Assembly: GCA_951406725.2 (NCBI GenBank)
Contig: OX597839.1
Location: 7,936,001-8,000,000 of the forward strand
Length of the DNA stretch: 64,000 bases
DNA from: Octopus vulgaris
Lineage: Eukaryota
Reading direction: 5' to 3'
Positions 26,747 to 39,532 of this stretch are shown here, in pieces (the stretch's first letter is position 1; each line of letters begins with the position of its first letter). The notes under the pieces were generated by a model. It was not told the origin of the DNA and did no database searches. It saw only the letters and a list, made by a program, of their open reading frames with translations. The position numbers and the translations under genes were made by a program.

Positions 26747-27300
26747 GTGCGTGTATATATACTGTATATATATATATATATAAGGTTTTTATTCCCATGC
26801 TAGCCACCTGATAAGATCGATATTTTAGATAACGATTTTATCCTTGTTTATATGCTATTAAGTTAGACATGGCCTGGACCAATCTCTGGTCGAAACATAT
26901 CTAAGTTTTATCTAAGTTTTAAGTTTTATACATATATATATATATATATTATTATTATTAATATTATTATTATTATCATTATTGTTGTTGTTATTATTAT
27001 TATTATTTCTACTGGGCCATTCCGCCTCCACACACACACACACACATATGTATATACATACATATATATAGAGAAAGGGAGAGAGACAGAGACAGAGGGA
27101 AAGAGAGAGAAAGAGATAGAGAGATAAGTAGATAGATACAAGGAGTTTTCGTTAACAGACTTAATGTAATAGCTATGTACTATGAGTGGTCAGTTTGGAT
27201 GACCACTAAATCTCTGGCTTTAGCTGTAACTGAAAAATGTGGAAGAAGAGACTGCTTATTGAAGGCAGCTACAAATGATTTCTCATTGAACGGATGGATA

Positions 27301-27702
27301 CAGAGGGTTTGCCAAAAGTCACATAACAGTAAATCAAAACCATTTAATTCCAAGATTTATTGATGTTTAACAACTGAATGAACTGAATGAATTTTAAGCC
27401 GAAACATAAGAACGAAAGAACAAGAAAGTCATCTGGAACTTTTATCTTCCACCGGTGTTTGTAATCGATGGTGACATGTGCGATGATTTTGCGATTATCT
27501 TATATTTTACAGAGAAATTGGAAGCCCCGAATGTAAGTCAGCACTTTATGCATAATTCAATATTTATATATTAAAAATCATGAAAATAGTTGAAACTGAA
27601 GTTCTCCTTGAACAACACATTTTTTTCATTCGAGTCAATACAGAATTACAGATAGTATTACGGAAGTTTGATTTAATGTCGGGTGACTTTTAGCCAACCC
27701 TG
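27301..27702. mobile_element. Tc1/mariner-type MITE
   Basis: TIRs CAGAGGGTTTGCCAAAAGTCAC and GTGACTTTTAGCCAACCCTG; TA on both flanks. Confidence 0.7.
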
Positions 27703-27796
27703 TAGATTAAAATAAAAAAATGAAATGACAAAACTTTTGGCATCACTCAAAATAAACATTTAATATAAATATAAATAGAGAATATAAAGATATGCA

Positions 27797-28212
27797 TATT
27801 TCTTTATTACCCACAAGGGGCTAAACATAGAGGGGACAAACAAGGACAGACATGGATATTAAGTCGATTACATCAAACCCAGTGCGTAACTGGTACTTAT
27901 TTAATCGACCCCGAAAGGATGAAAGGCAAAGTCGACCTCGGCGGAATTTGAACTCAGAACGTAGCGGCAGAGGAAATGCGTATTTCTTTACTACCCACAA
28001 GGGGCTAAACATAGAGGGGACAAACAAGGACAGACATAGGTATTAAGTCGATTACATCAAACCCAGTGCGCAACTGGTACTTATTTAATCGACCCCGAAA
28101 GGATGAAAGGCAAATTCGACCTCGGCGGAATTTGAACTCAGAGCGTAGCGGCAGATCAAATACTCCTAAGCATTTCGCCCGGCGTGCTTAACGTTTCTGC
28201 CAGCTCGCCGCC
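27797..28212 (-). mobile_element. SINE family B with tandemly duplicated body
   Basis: Two ~180-bp body copies and one head. Confidence 0.9.
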
Positions 28213-28494
28213 CTATATATAAAGATGTACAGTCTTTTACATACAAACGTGTGTGTGTGTGTGTGTGTTTGCGTTTAGATTTGCGGTTAACAGAAACGTA
28301 ATCGTAAGCATTAAATAGTAGAACGCAAATAATCGCAGTCCTTCGGTGAAGAGCTGTGGTTAATCATAAGTAACCAATATGCATAGGAGCGCTGGATTTA
28401 TTCTCATCCAGTACATGCATACGAGAATATACACTATATACATGTGTGTGTGTGCATGCGTGCTCGAGTCTGAATACACATATTCACACATGAA

Positions 28495-28525
<31 letters not shown>

Positions 28526-29117
28526 GTAAACATACATACAAATGTACACACATGCAAATATGCATAAATATATTCACACATACATGTGCATACTATACAT
28601 GCAAACACTGGCTCACACATACCCGCGCACACACTACCGAAAGTTCATGCGTATATTCAATAAAACCGTGTAACATCAGAAGCAGAAAGAGCAACAACAC
28701 AAACAGCCCACACAGCAGAAGCAGCCGCCAGAAACTAAACATCTCGAAAAATAAAGGAACAAATACAAATGCATAACTGAAATATCACCAACAGTAACAA
28801 CTGCCATAATTTCAGTATAAAAATACAAACTAAACAAAGTAGTTTGAAGCCATGAGGAGCGACATAAACTCTCCGGAAACCGAAATGACAGCAATGCAAT
28901 ATGGCTGACACAAAGAACCCCTGTAACGCGCAGCGTGATCATCACGAATAATGGAGTCAATTAAAGTTGGCCATTTTTCTTTTTTTTTCCTTTTTCTTCC
29001 ACCTACCACTTGTCAACTGATTAACGATGATTAAACATAAAACACTCCAATGTCAATGGGCTACAATTTAAATAGATGCGTGTGTGTGTATGTGTGTGTG
29101 TAAGTGCGTACATAGGA

Positions 29118-29153
<36 letters not shown>

Positions 29154-29156
<3 letters not shown>

Positions 29157-29905
29157 TAAATATAAGGGTAGCAAAAAATTCTAGAAAAAATTCTCCGCTA
29201 CCAGCGGTCTAGTGAGAAAGGAAAATAGTCAAAGACTATATAATATACATTCAACAATATAAGGAATGGCCATATAGGACATTCGACTCACTAGAAAGAG
29301 CAGCCAAACTCAAACCGCTAAATAGTTGTAATTCTGAAATAAAAAGAGAAATAAAAACGTTTACCCCTTTCATCTCTGGACTATGCATAGTTTCGGCAAA
29401 CTTAGGCAAATAAATTAATTAAATTAAATTAAATTCATTTACATCTGGCGTGTCTCGTCAGCAGAGAGCCTAGGACGAGTATATGTCCACGAGGCTATGG
29501 TAAAGAAGCCTCCAGTCCATATGCTCTAAATTTTCAAAATTCTACCGCAATCGCGCTGTCTACTCAGCAGCAAATATAAACTGCTGATTTAATTTCAAAA
29601 TTAGCCAAAAAATCATCAATTAATAAATATAAGGGTAGCAAAAATTTCTAGAAAAAATTCTCCGCTAGTTGAAAGAGAAAAATAGTCAAAGACTATATAA
29701 TATACATTCAACAATATAAGGAATGGCCATATAGGACATTCGACTCACTAGAAAGAGCAGCCAAACTCAAACCGCAAAATAGTTGTAATTCTGAAATAGA
29801 AAGACAAATTTTTATTTCTATTTCAGAATGACAACTATTTAGCGGTTTGAGTTTGGCTGCTCTTTCTAGTGAGTCGAATGTCCTATATGGCCATTCCTTA
29901 TATTG

Positions 29906-29912
<7 letters not shown>
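29154..29912 (-). mobile_element. Penelope-associated or retrozyme-like element: ~466-bp unit with partial direct repeat and terminal inversion
   Basis: 29154-29345 repeated at about 29620-29803; about 100 bp of it inverted at 29811-29912; embedded in (TA)n; contains a hammerhead. Confidence 0.75.
29373..29467 (-). ncRNA. Type I hammerhead ribozyme with extended stem II
   Basis: UCUCUG-CUGACGA-GACA...UGCC-GAAA-CUA(UGCA)UAG-UC-CAGAGA; GUC triplet, palindromic loop III, one mismatch at the base of stem II. Confidence 0.75.
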
Positions 29913-29951
<39 letters not shown>

Positions 29952-30480
29952 TATTATAAAAGGCAGATTTTCTCTGCTTCCCAAATAGTTCGTTTTTCAT
30001 ACAATTGTACAATATAGAATTTCTTCAACTGGAATTTACCTATGATTTTTCGAAGTAGATTCCCTTGGGTCATGGCATATACATTTTTTTCAATTTCACC
30101 CCCAATTAAGCAAAAATTCGAGAAAATTCAATATTTTACGATTTGCCTCTCTCATTTCAAATGCTTCACTCCTGCTATTACCACACACATTCTGCTACTT
30201 TCTCTTATTAATGATTAAACCAATCCTCCAAAAAAAAAAAAGGGGAAACAGAGATCTGTCGCTGTCCTCTTTCTGCAACTCTTATTCAACATCACACATT
30301 CTGCTACTTTCTCTTATTAATGCTTAAATCAATCCTCAAAAACAAAAAAGGGAACAGAGATATGTCGCTACCTTTTTGTAGTATTCATTGGCGAGCGTAC
30401 TTCAGTTGTCAATTGTTCAAAGTAAGAAATTGAAAGCTAAGAAGGTGTGTGAGTGTATGTGTGCGTGTGTGCGTGTGCGT

Positions 30481-30512
<32 letters not shown>

Positions 30513-30613
30513 AGGAAGTGAACGAGAAAAATATGGCAAGAAGTGGACAGATGTACATATATACATCAATACATACATACATGTGTGTGTGTATGTGTAT
30601 TAATGTGTGTGTG

Positions 30614-33421
30614 TTATCTCTCTATATATAAAGCTGAAGTTGTCTGTGTGCGGCAGGATTGGTAGCCTTCAACTAACACTATCTCCTCCGAGACCCTGCG
30701 GCGCAAGTTTACCAAAATTGAGTGTATGATAGAAGAAGGGTTGCTCTTCCTTCCGTAGGAGATAAAATTCAAATCGGACCATGTTAACAATTCCTGTCTG
30801 TTATATATTTTGAGTATTGTTATCACTAGCGATAGCAAGATATAACTTTGTATTTTGTATTTGATGTGTAGATGTATATATATAGATGTACATGTATTAT
30901 GTACACATATATATATATATACATGCACTAGCACTATGACCCAGCAACGACAGGTCTTTAATGCTAGCTCTGGGCGCCATTGGGGCAACTGTACACAGAC
31001 AGAGAATGTGTGTCTGTGTTTCCCTAAAACTTGAGAACTACACAACCAATTTCGTTCAAATTTTGCACATGCCTTAATTAGGGTCCGAGGAACGTCATGG
31101 GCTTGGCTCTGGGCGCCGTTGGGCTCACTGTCCACGGCCACGAGACAACAGTGAGCGCTACGGCGACCAGAGCTCGCTCTGGGCGCCGTTGGGCTCACTG
31201 TCCACGGCCACGAGACAACAGTGAGCGCTACGGCGACCAGAGCTCGCTCTGGGCGCCGTTGGGCTCACTGTCCACGGCCACGAGACAACAGTGAGCGCTA
31301 CGGCGACCAGAGCTCGCTCTGGGCGCCGTTGGGCTCACTGTCCACGGCCACGAGACAACAGTGAGCGCTACGGCGACCAGAGCTCGCTCTGGGCGCCGTT
31401 GGGCTCACTGTCCACGGCCACGAGACAACAGTGAGCGCTACGGCGACCAGAGCTCGCTCTGGGCGCCGTTGGGCTCACTGTCCACGGCCACGAGACAACA
31501 GTGAGCGCTACGGCGACCAGAGCTCGCTCTGGGCGCCGTTGGGCTCACTGTCCACGGCCACGAGACAACAGTGAGCGCTACGGCGACCAGAGCTCGCTCT
31601 GGGCGCCGTTGGGCTCACTGTCCACGGCCACGAGACAACAGTGAGCGCTACGGCGACCAGAGCTCGCTCTGGGCGCCGTTGGGCTCACTGTCCACGGCCA
31701 CGAGACAACAGTGAGCGCTACGGCGACCAGAGCTCGCTCTGGGCGCCGTTGGGCTCACTGTCCACGGCCACGAGACAACAGTGAGCGCTACGGCGACCAG
31801 AGCTCGCTCTGGGCGCCGTTGGGCTCACTGTCCACGGCCACGAGACAACAGTGAGCGCTACGGCGACCAGAGCTCGCTCTGGGCGCCGTTGGGCTCACTG
31901 TCCACGGCCACGAGACAACAGTGAGCGCTACGGCGACCAGAGCTCGCTCTGGGCGCCGTTGGGCTCACTGTCCACGGCCACGAGACAACAGTGAGCGCTA
32001 CGGCGACCAGAGCTCGCTCTGGGCGCCGTTGGGCTCACTGTCCACGGCCACGAGACAACAGTGAGCGCTACGGCGACCAGAGCTCGCTCTGGGCGCCGTT
32101 GGGCTCACTGTCCACGCCACGAGACAACAGTGAGCGCTACGGCGACCAGAGCTCGCTCTGGGCGCCGTTGGGCTCACTGTCCACAGCCACGAGACAACAG
32201 TGAGCGCTACGGCGACCAGAGCTCGCTCTGGGCGCCGTTGGGCTCACTGTCCACGGCCACGAGACAACAGTGAGCGCTACGGCGACCAGAGCTCGCTCTG
32301 GGCGCCGTTGGGCTCACGGCCACGAGACAACAGTGAGCGCTACGGCGACCAGAGCTCGCTCTGGGCGCCTGCTCTGTCCACGGCACGAGACAACAGTGAG
32401 CGCTACGGCGACCAGAGCTGCTCTGGGCGCCGTTGGGCTCACTGTCCACGGCCACGAGACAACAGTGAGCGCTACGGCCACGAGACAGTGAGCGCTACGG
32501 CGACCAGAGCTCGCTCTGGGCGCCGTTGGGCTCCTGTCCCGGCCACGAGACAACAGTGAGCGCTACGGCGACCAGAGCTCGCTCTGGGCGCCGTTGGGCT
32601 CAACTGTCCCAGCTACGAGACAACAGTGAGCGCTACGGCGACCAGAGCTCGCTCTGGGCGCCGTTGAGATGTCCGCGGCTACGAGACAACAGTGAGCGCT
32701 ACGGCGACCAGAGCTCGCTCTGGGCGCCGTTCTCATGTCCGGCTACGAGACAACAGTGAGCGCTACGGCGACCAGAGCTCGCTCTGGGCGCCGTTAGGCT
32801 CACTGTCCCACGGCTACGAGACAACAGTGAGCGCTACGGCGACCAGAGCTCGCTCTGGGCGCCGTTAGGCTCACTGTCCGACGGCACGAGACAACAGTGA
32901 GCGCTACGGCGACCAGAGCTCGCTCTGGGCGCCGTTGGCTCGCTGTCCACGGCTACGAGACAACAGTGAGCGCTACGGCGACCAGAGCTCGCTCTGGGCG
33001 CCGTTGAGCTCCAATGTCCACGGCTACGAGACAACAGTGAGCGCTACGGCGACCAGAGCTCGCTCTGGGCGCCGTTGAAGCTCAATGTCCCCGGCTACGA
33101 GACAACAGTGAGCGCTACGGCGATTCAGAGCTCGCTCTGGGCGCCGTTGAACTTAATGTCTGACGGCTACGAGACAACAGTGAGCGCTACGGCGACCAGA
33201 GCTCGCTCTGGGCGCCGTTGGGCAACAATGTCAGCAACAACAGCAACAACAAGCAACAACAGCGACAACAACAGCTACAACAACAGCAACAACAACGTGT
33301 CAACAGCTACGAGACAACAGTGAGCGCTACGGCGACCAGAGCTCGCTCTGGGCGCCGTTGGGCTCAATGTCCGCGGCTACGAGACAACAGTGAGCGCTAC
33401 GGCTTTGTTCGCACAACTATT
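30614..33421 (+). mobile_element. Putative non-autonomous Helitron-like element enclosing a tandem array
   Basis: 5' TATCTCTCTATATATAAAG; internal AACCAATTTCGTTCAAATTTTGCACA motif; 3' short GC hairpin followed by AACTATT (CTAG-like). Classification is by resemblance only. Confidence 0.45.
31106..33403. repeat. 70-bp GC-rich hairpin minisatellite, about 33 units
   Basis: Unit GCTCTGGGCGCCGTTGGGCTCACTGTCCACGGCCACGAGACAACAGTGAGCGCTACGGCGACCAGAGCTC; first ~14 units identical, later ones degenerate. Confidence 0.97.
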
Positions 33422-33456
33422 AACAGGTGGCTTGGCTTGGCTTGGCTTGGCTTGGC

Positions 33457-33813
<357 letters not shown>

Positions 33814-34126
33814 CTTATGTTTCGGCTTAAAATATATTATAGAAAGAAATATAATGTAAATAAATATATAAAACCCAGAATAGAAAATAAACGTCTTAGG
33901 CATATAAAATGAGATAACATGAGATATCAAGGTGTTATAAACTTGAAACCTACTAGAATATCATAGATTATATATATCAAGTCATCCAGTCAGTTCTGTC
34001 CAATTTTACCCTTTTTTTAGATTTGAATGAAATTTAATAGTATTTGCAAATGTCACATTCAATTCAAATTATTTTTATGCATTTGTGTACGTTTAAACTA
34101 ATTAAATATTGTTTTACAAAATAATA

Positions 34127-35810
34127 GACGGTGTCCACAAAGTCTGCGTACATGGGGATTAACACATACTTTTAAAACAAAACAATTTTATTTAATTATA
34201 ATGTTAATAAATAATATTTTCAAAGTGATTTCCATCAGTTTCAATGCATAACTTGATGCGCCTTGCCACATTCGGGTGAACTTGATTAAATAAGTCTACA
34301 TTGCCATCAATTTCAGCACACTGACTGGTAATGCGTTCTCTCATGTGTTTTAAATCTGTAATCTTTGAGTAAACTTTCTCTTTTAACATACCCCAGAAAA
34401 AGAAATCAAGGGGAGAAAGGTCTGGCGAACGAGAGGACCATTCCATATGACCCCTTCTTCCAATCTAGTGAGGAAAAGTGTCATTAAGCCAATCTCTAAC
34501 AGTTGCGGCAAAATGGGTAGGAACCCCATCCTGCTGAAACCAATTCGGAAGGCCCTCGCCTAGGCGCTCAATTTAAGATATTAATTTGTCTCTCAATATA
34601 TTTGCATAAGTCTCATCCGTTACACGTTCAATGAAGAAGGGTCCTAGAACATGAGCTTTCCAAAAACCACACCACACCATCACCTTTTTGCTGCCTTGCT
34701 GTTTGGATTGATCCATCTAATGTGGATTACCTCGAGACCAGTATAGAAGATTCTGTCTGTTGACCTCACCATTTGCATAAAACGTAGCTTTGTCACTGAA
34801 CAACACAAAGTTTTTCGTAAAATTGATATTTTCATCCAATTTATCTGAAAACCATTCGCACGTCTACATTCGTCTATCAGGATCGTCTTCATTTAAGTGA
34901 TGCAATATCTGTAGGTTGTATCGATGAAACTTTTCCTCAACCAGCATTTTGTGGATGGCTGGTTATGGAACACCTAACACCGTGGATGTCCGACGAAGTG
35001 ATTTCTTTGGGCTAGCAGAAACTTTAGCCTCGACAGCCTCTTTAGTTTCATCTGAAGTCTTTGGTCGCCCGGAACGGGGTTTATCCAAAACACTGCCTGT
35101 TTCTTTAAATTTCTTGATCAATTTCCTGATGGCAGTAAAATAAATAGGTTGCCTACAAGAGTGTCGAAGATTAAATTCTTCCGCAATTTTGCAATAAGAC
35201 CATCCCTCTCGTCCACTTAATAATTCTAACTCGATTCTTTCTTCTTTAGACAGATTCATCATTCGATCTGGGATTCTTTCTTCTTTAGACAGAGCCATCA
35301 TTCGATCATCTGTTGAAAAAATAACAAATAAATTTAGAAAAGTAAAGTATTTTTCTTTATTTAATTTAAACAAAAGTAAAAAACAATTGCAGCGTGGAAG
35401 GTGTTTGTAATTCATTTAAGAAACACACAAAAGCCGTTCGATTCACTTCAACATTTAAGTTTAATTTGTCAAAATATTTTCGTCGCTATAACACCTCGAC
35501 ATGTTCACTGACAAGAGATGCAGCACGGATTTTTGTCAGGGAACAGGTGGCGGTCTTATAGCGACGAAAATATTTTGACAAATTAAACTTAAATGTTGAA
35601 GTGATTCGAACGGCTTTTGTGTGTTTCTTAAATGACTTACAAACACCTTCCACGCTGCAATTGTTTTCGTTTCAGAACACGATCTCAGATCAAATCACTT
35701 GCTATGCAAGTACATCTCCGTAAAAGTAAAAAAGGAAAATTATTATTTCTTATATTTATTTGTTTATGTTATGATTTTATTCCATAAACCCAGACTTCGT
35801 GGACACCCTA
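34127..35810 (-). mobile_element. Degenerate Tc1/mariner-superfamily transposon, DD41D (rosa)-like
   Basis: TIRs GGTGTCCAC(A/G)AAGTCTG at 34130 and 35808; KFKETGSVLDKPRSGRP linker; WFQQDG...WSSRSPDLSPLDFFFWG with 40 residues between the last two Asp in this decayed copy; stops and frameshifts. Confidence 0.88.
35384..35721. mobile_element. Foldback insertion with 12-bp TSD; both arms carry a variant hammerhead-like motif
   Basis: About 130-bp arms inverted around ~35522; AAAAGTAAAAAA at 35372-35383 and 35722-35733. Confidence 0.8.
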
Positions 35811-36592
35811 AACTTGCTTTGATTAAAACCCTTTCAACATGGAAGTATCCCTGGAGCATTTAAGGCACATATAATTCTTTATGAGTACAATAAAGGTAAC
35901 TCTGCAGCCGAAGTGATTCGAAACATACACTCATTTTATGGGAAAGTGCTCGAATGAAAGAACTTGCAGGAGATCGTTTGCAAAATTTGAAGATGATTAT
36001 CGAACAGGACGTCCAGTTGAGTTTGATGATAAGCTCCTTGAGGCATTACTTGAAGAAAATCCGTCATTATCAGTTGAAGAATTGGCAATAAAGCTTAGTT
36101 CAAACCATACAACAGTTCATCGTCATCAACAACGTGGAAAATTTCCTAAACTTGGAAAATAGGTGCCAAGGAAAAAAGGGCCGCTTTAGTGAGTTGAAAA
36201 CGAGTGATGGTTCATCAGGACAATGCGCAACCCCACACTGCAAAGATCACATCACAGAAGATCGAAGAGGTCGATTGGGAAACATTTCTTCATCCACCTT
36301 ATTCTCCCGACCTTGCTCCTTCAGACTACCATTTGTTTCATAGTTTACAGAATTATTAGGGGGACACAACTTTCGCAAGCCAGGAGGAGGTCGAACCTGA
36401 CATTTCAGAGTTCTTCGCTTTGAAACCAAAAGAGTTTTACATTGATGGGATTGAAAAGCTTGTAAATAGATTGAAGTAAGTCATAGATAATCAGGGAAGT
36501 GCATTGATGATTAACTTTCAATTAAATACAGCATTTGATCACTTGTATTCTTTATCCAAAATTCGGACAGAACTTATGGGATGACCCGAGAT
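35811..36592 (+). mobile_element. Internally deleted mariner (DD34D) transposase pseudogene
   Basis: EDDYRTGRP, LGK*VP, HQDNAQPH, HPPYSPDLAPSDYHLF; right TIR-like GAACTTATGGGATGACCCG. Confidence 0.9.
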
Positions 36593-36597
36593 ATATA

Positions 36598-37125
36598 CAC
36601 TGGCGAAAATATATTTAAGACAGACGATAAAAGTTCTATTTCTTACAAAATATTTTGTTACTAACACCATACAAATTATTTCTATCTTTTACACCTTATG
36701 CAAAATTTATTTCTCTTTCGAATGATGCAGACAATAAAAATTTTTATGCAACTTGAAGAATTCTAATTAATATAAACTTTTCAAATTTACCGGGAAATTA
36801 GTTTAAGACTATGTAATATGTATGCATTTTGTCGGCCAAAATGGGTGGTCACACAACGAGCCTAAATGCACCATACAAAGATATATAATTTAATGTTATT
36901 ATACAATTTATTAATAATGGGAAAACAACGTAGCCTTAGTCCAGTCACGAGAGCAAAAATCGTATATTACAGCAAAAAGTTTCCTTTCCGAACATCAGCA
37001 AGCAACTAAACTGCAGTAAAACGGTTTGCGCGCATGCGTGGAAGTTATACTCGGAGGACTGGTCAATATAAAGATCGTCAAAGGACTAGTAACAGAATAT
37101 CCTCGGTCTTAAATTTCCACCGGTG
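36598..37125. mobile_element. Possible Tc1-type MITE
   Basis: Imperfect TIRs CACTGGCGAAAA..TTTAAGAC and GTCTTAAATTTCCACCGGTG. Confidence 0.45.
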
Positions 37126-37127
37126 TG

Positions 37128-37178
<51 letters not shown>

Positions 37179-37400
37179 GTATATAACACGGGAATTTTAA
37201 TGGAGATAACCTGCAGTATATAGTACAACATTTTTGTCTCCGTATATGAGCTAAGTATTAATAAAATGTGGTATACGATAAAAATTTCGGATGTCTTAAA
37301 ACATTCAGACAAGAAAATTCAGATGTAGCACATGAGGTATTGTTCCATACGAATATCCACATATTTATATTAATAGTTTCATGATAAAAATATAGAAATA

Positions 37401-37710
37401 TTGGGTTGTCTGGAAAGTTCATGCCTATTTATAGTAGCTTATCTTTCGACTTGTTTTAGAACATGGTGAAAATTTCTGGTAAAATTACTGGTGAATATTT
37501 CAATTCTTTAGATGACGTAAAAAGATACCTTGATGAATTATTTGCCTTGAAACCACCCTAATTCTGGGAAGATGGTATTTTCAAGGTAAAGGAAAGATGG
37601 AGACGTATTGTGCAACGAAATGGTTCACATTTGGCTCATTAAAAATGTAATGGCAAGTATTTAGTGACCTTTTCCTTTAAAAATCAGAACGAACTTTCCG
37701 GACAACCCAA
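37401..37710 (+). mobile_element. Mariner deletion derivative (MITE)
   Basis: TIRs TTGGGTTGTCTGGAAAGTTC and GAACTTTCCGGACAACCCAA; TA TSD; remnant FWEDGIFKVKERWRRIV of the transposase C-terminus. Confidence 0.88.
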
Positions 37711-38207
37711 TATAAACATAACAATGAAAAACGAATATAAACATGAAAAATAAAAACCTAAATTGAAAGAGGCGATTAAAACTTTTTTTCTCACCTGCAG
37801 GCGTTTCAGAAAAGTGGTTGTACGAAGTATTCGAAATTCAGCCCTTCCTTCCTCAGGGTTACTTTCTCGAGGTAAAATCCAGCAGAAAGCAGTAAGGCAC
37901 TACATGATGAGTATTCAGCTGGTGAAAGTTCAGTTTTTGAGTATCGATGAATAAGTCACAGCAATTTATGACGTGCACTTGATTTTTCAAGATCTTCACG
38001 TTTAAATAAGAAATGAAAATCATGGGAATATTCCATTCTGTACTGACAAAGAAACAAAGAAATTATCTAAGATTTTAGATTTGTGCATAAGTATTCATGG
38101 ATCTAATCCAGATAGTATTTTCAAAAAGCTTTACAGTTTTATATTTTAAAAATTTAATTTTAAAGTTTAATAAAATTATAAGACGCTAAATATATATATA
38201 TATACAT

Positions 38208-39499
38208 ATTTTTTTTTCTAGTTTCAGCTCAGAGCTGCGGCCATGCTTATGCACCACCGTTTTGTGCTACACTGTTATTACGACGAACCTCGTCTAAAAT
38301 GTGGCACTTGGTGAAGAATGGAGTTTGATATAGCTACTCTCATTTGCATCTCTTGCCGTGAGGTAGGTTCATCTGGGACCCTTGACAGGAAGATATCCAG
38401 CTTTGATTTAAAAACCGCTACATCTATTTTGTGCAAGTTCCTCAGACTCTTTGGGAGAATATTAAAAAGCTGTGGTCCCTTAAAACCTAGGCTGTTGCAG
38501 AAGCTGGTCCTGGAGCGTAATGGCATTGCAAGGATCTTTGGCACTATGCAGTGTCGTCCCGTTCTAGCATTGGTGTAGCTTACAATGCCAAAATTTGGCA
38601 CAATTCCTTCCAGAATCTTCCAGACATATATTACTGCATACCTCTCCCGTCTTCTCTCCAGGGAGTAGAGTCTTAGCTGTTTCAACCTTTCCCAGTAGCT
38701 GAGCTGTTGCAAAGAGACAATCTTCTTTGTGAATCTTCTCTGGATTGCTTCAAGATCCGCTGTTAATTTTACACTGGTGGGTGACCATAGCTGTGAGCAG
38801 TAATCCAGGCGGCTGAGGACGAATGTCCGCCAGAGGACCATCATGGTTTCCTTATCTCTGGTTCTGAAAGTTCTTAGGATCCACCCAGCCAGTCGTCTGC
38901 ACTTTGTCGCCATCCTGGTAATGTGCACTTGGAAAGAGGTATCATCGCTCATGTCGATACCCAGGTCCCTCACAGACTTAGGCTCTGGGATTGAAATTCC
39001 CTGTGGACCGGTGTATCCTGTAAGTTTAATATTCAGTTTTGGATGCTGGTAGCGCAGGGCCTGGAATTTTTCAGCATTAAACTGCATATTATTATTTTCA
39101 GCCCATCTGTAGATTGAGTCCAACTCCTGCTGCAGGTGTGCAACATCGCTGGGGTTCTGTATTTTCTGCGAGACTTTCGTATCGTCTGCATAGCTGGCCA
39201 GAGTGGCTACCCGGGCATTTGAGGGCATATCTGAGAGGGCCACTATAAAAAGCAGTGGTCCCAAGACAGTGCCCTGTGGAACACCGCTCACCATTTGTAT
39301 GTTCATAGAGGTGGCTCCATTAACCACTACTGCCTGACTCCTATCTTTCAGGAAGTCATGCAACCACACTCCAAGTTTTCCAGCTATGCCGAGGTCACGC
39401 AGTTTGTGGCATACCATACCATGATCCACCGTGTCAAAAGCTTTTGCAAAATCAAGGTAGATTACGTCCATATTTGATTTGTTGAGTAACTGCTTCAAC
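38208..39499 (-). mobile_element. 5'-truncated CR1-group LINE with open RT frame and 3' tail
   Basis: DVIYLDFAKAFD, SGVPQGTVLGPLLF, YADDTK, RDLGI, LDYCSQLWSP, LYSLERRRER; short 3' UTR plus A-tail; the predicted N-terminus is microsatellite. Confidence 0.93.
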
Positions 39500-39501
39500 A
39501 T

Positions 39502-39532
<31 letters not shown>

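Noticed and set aside
31106-33403. CRISPR-like appearance (constant part plus variable part)
   Set aside because: Variable segments are mutated versions of one sequence and not unique spacers; no cas genes; eukaryotic context
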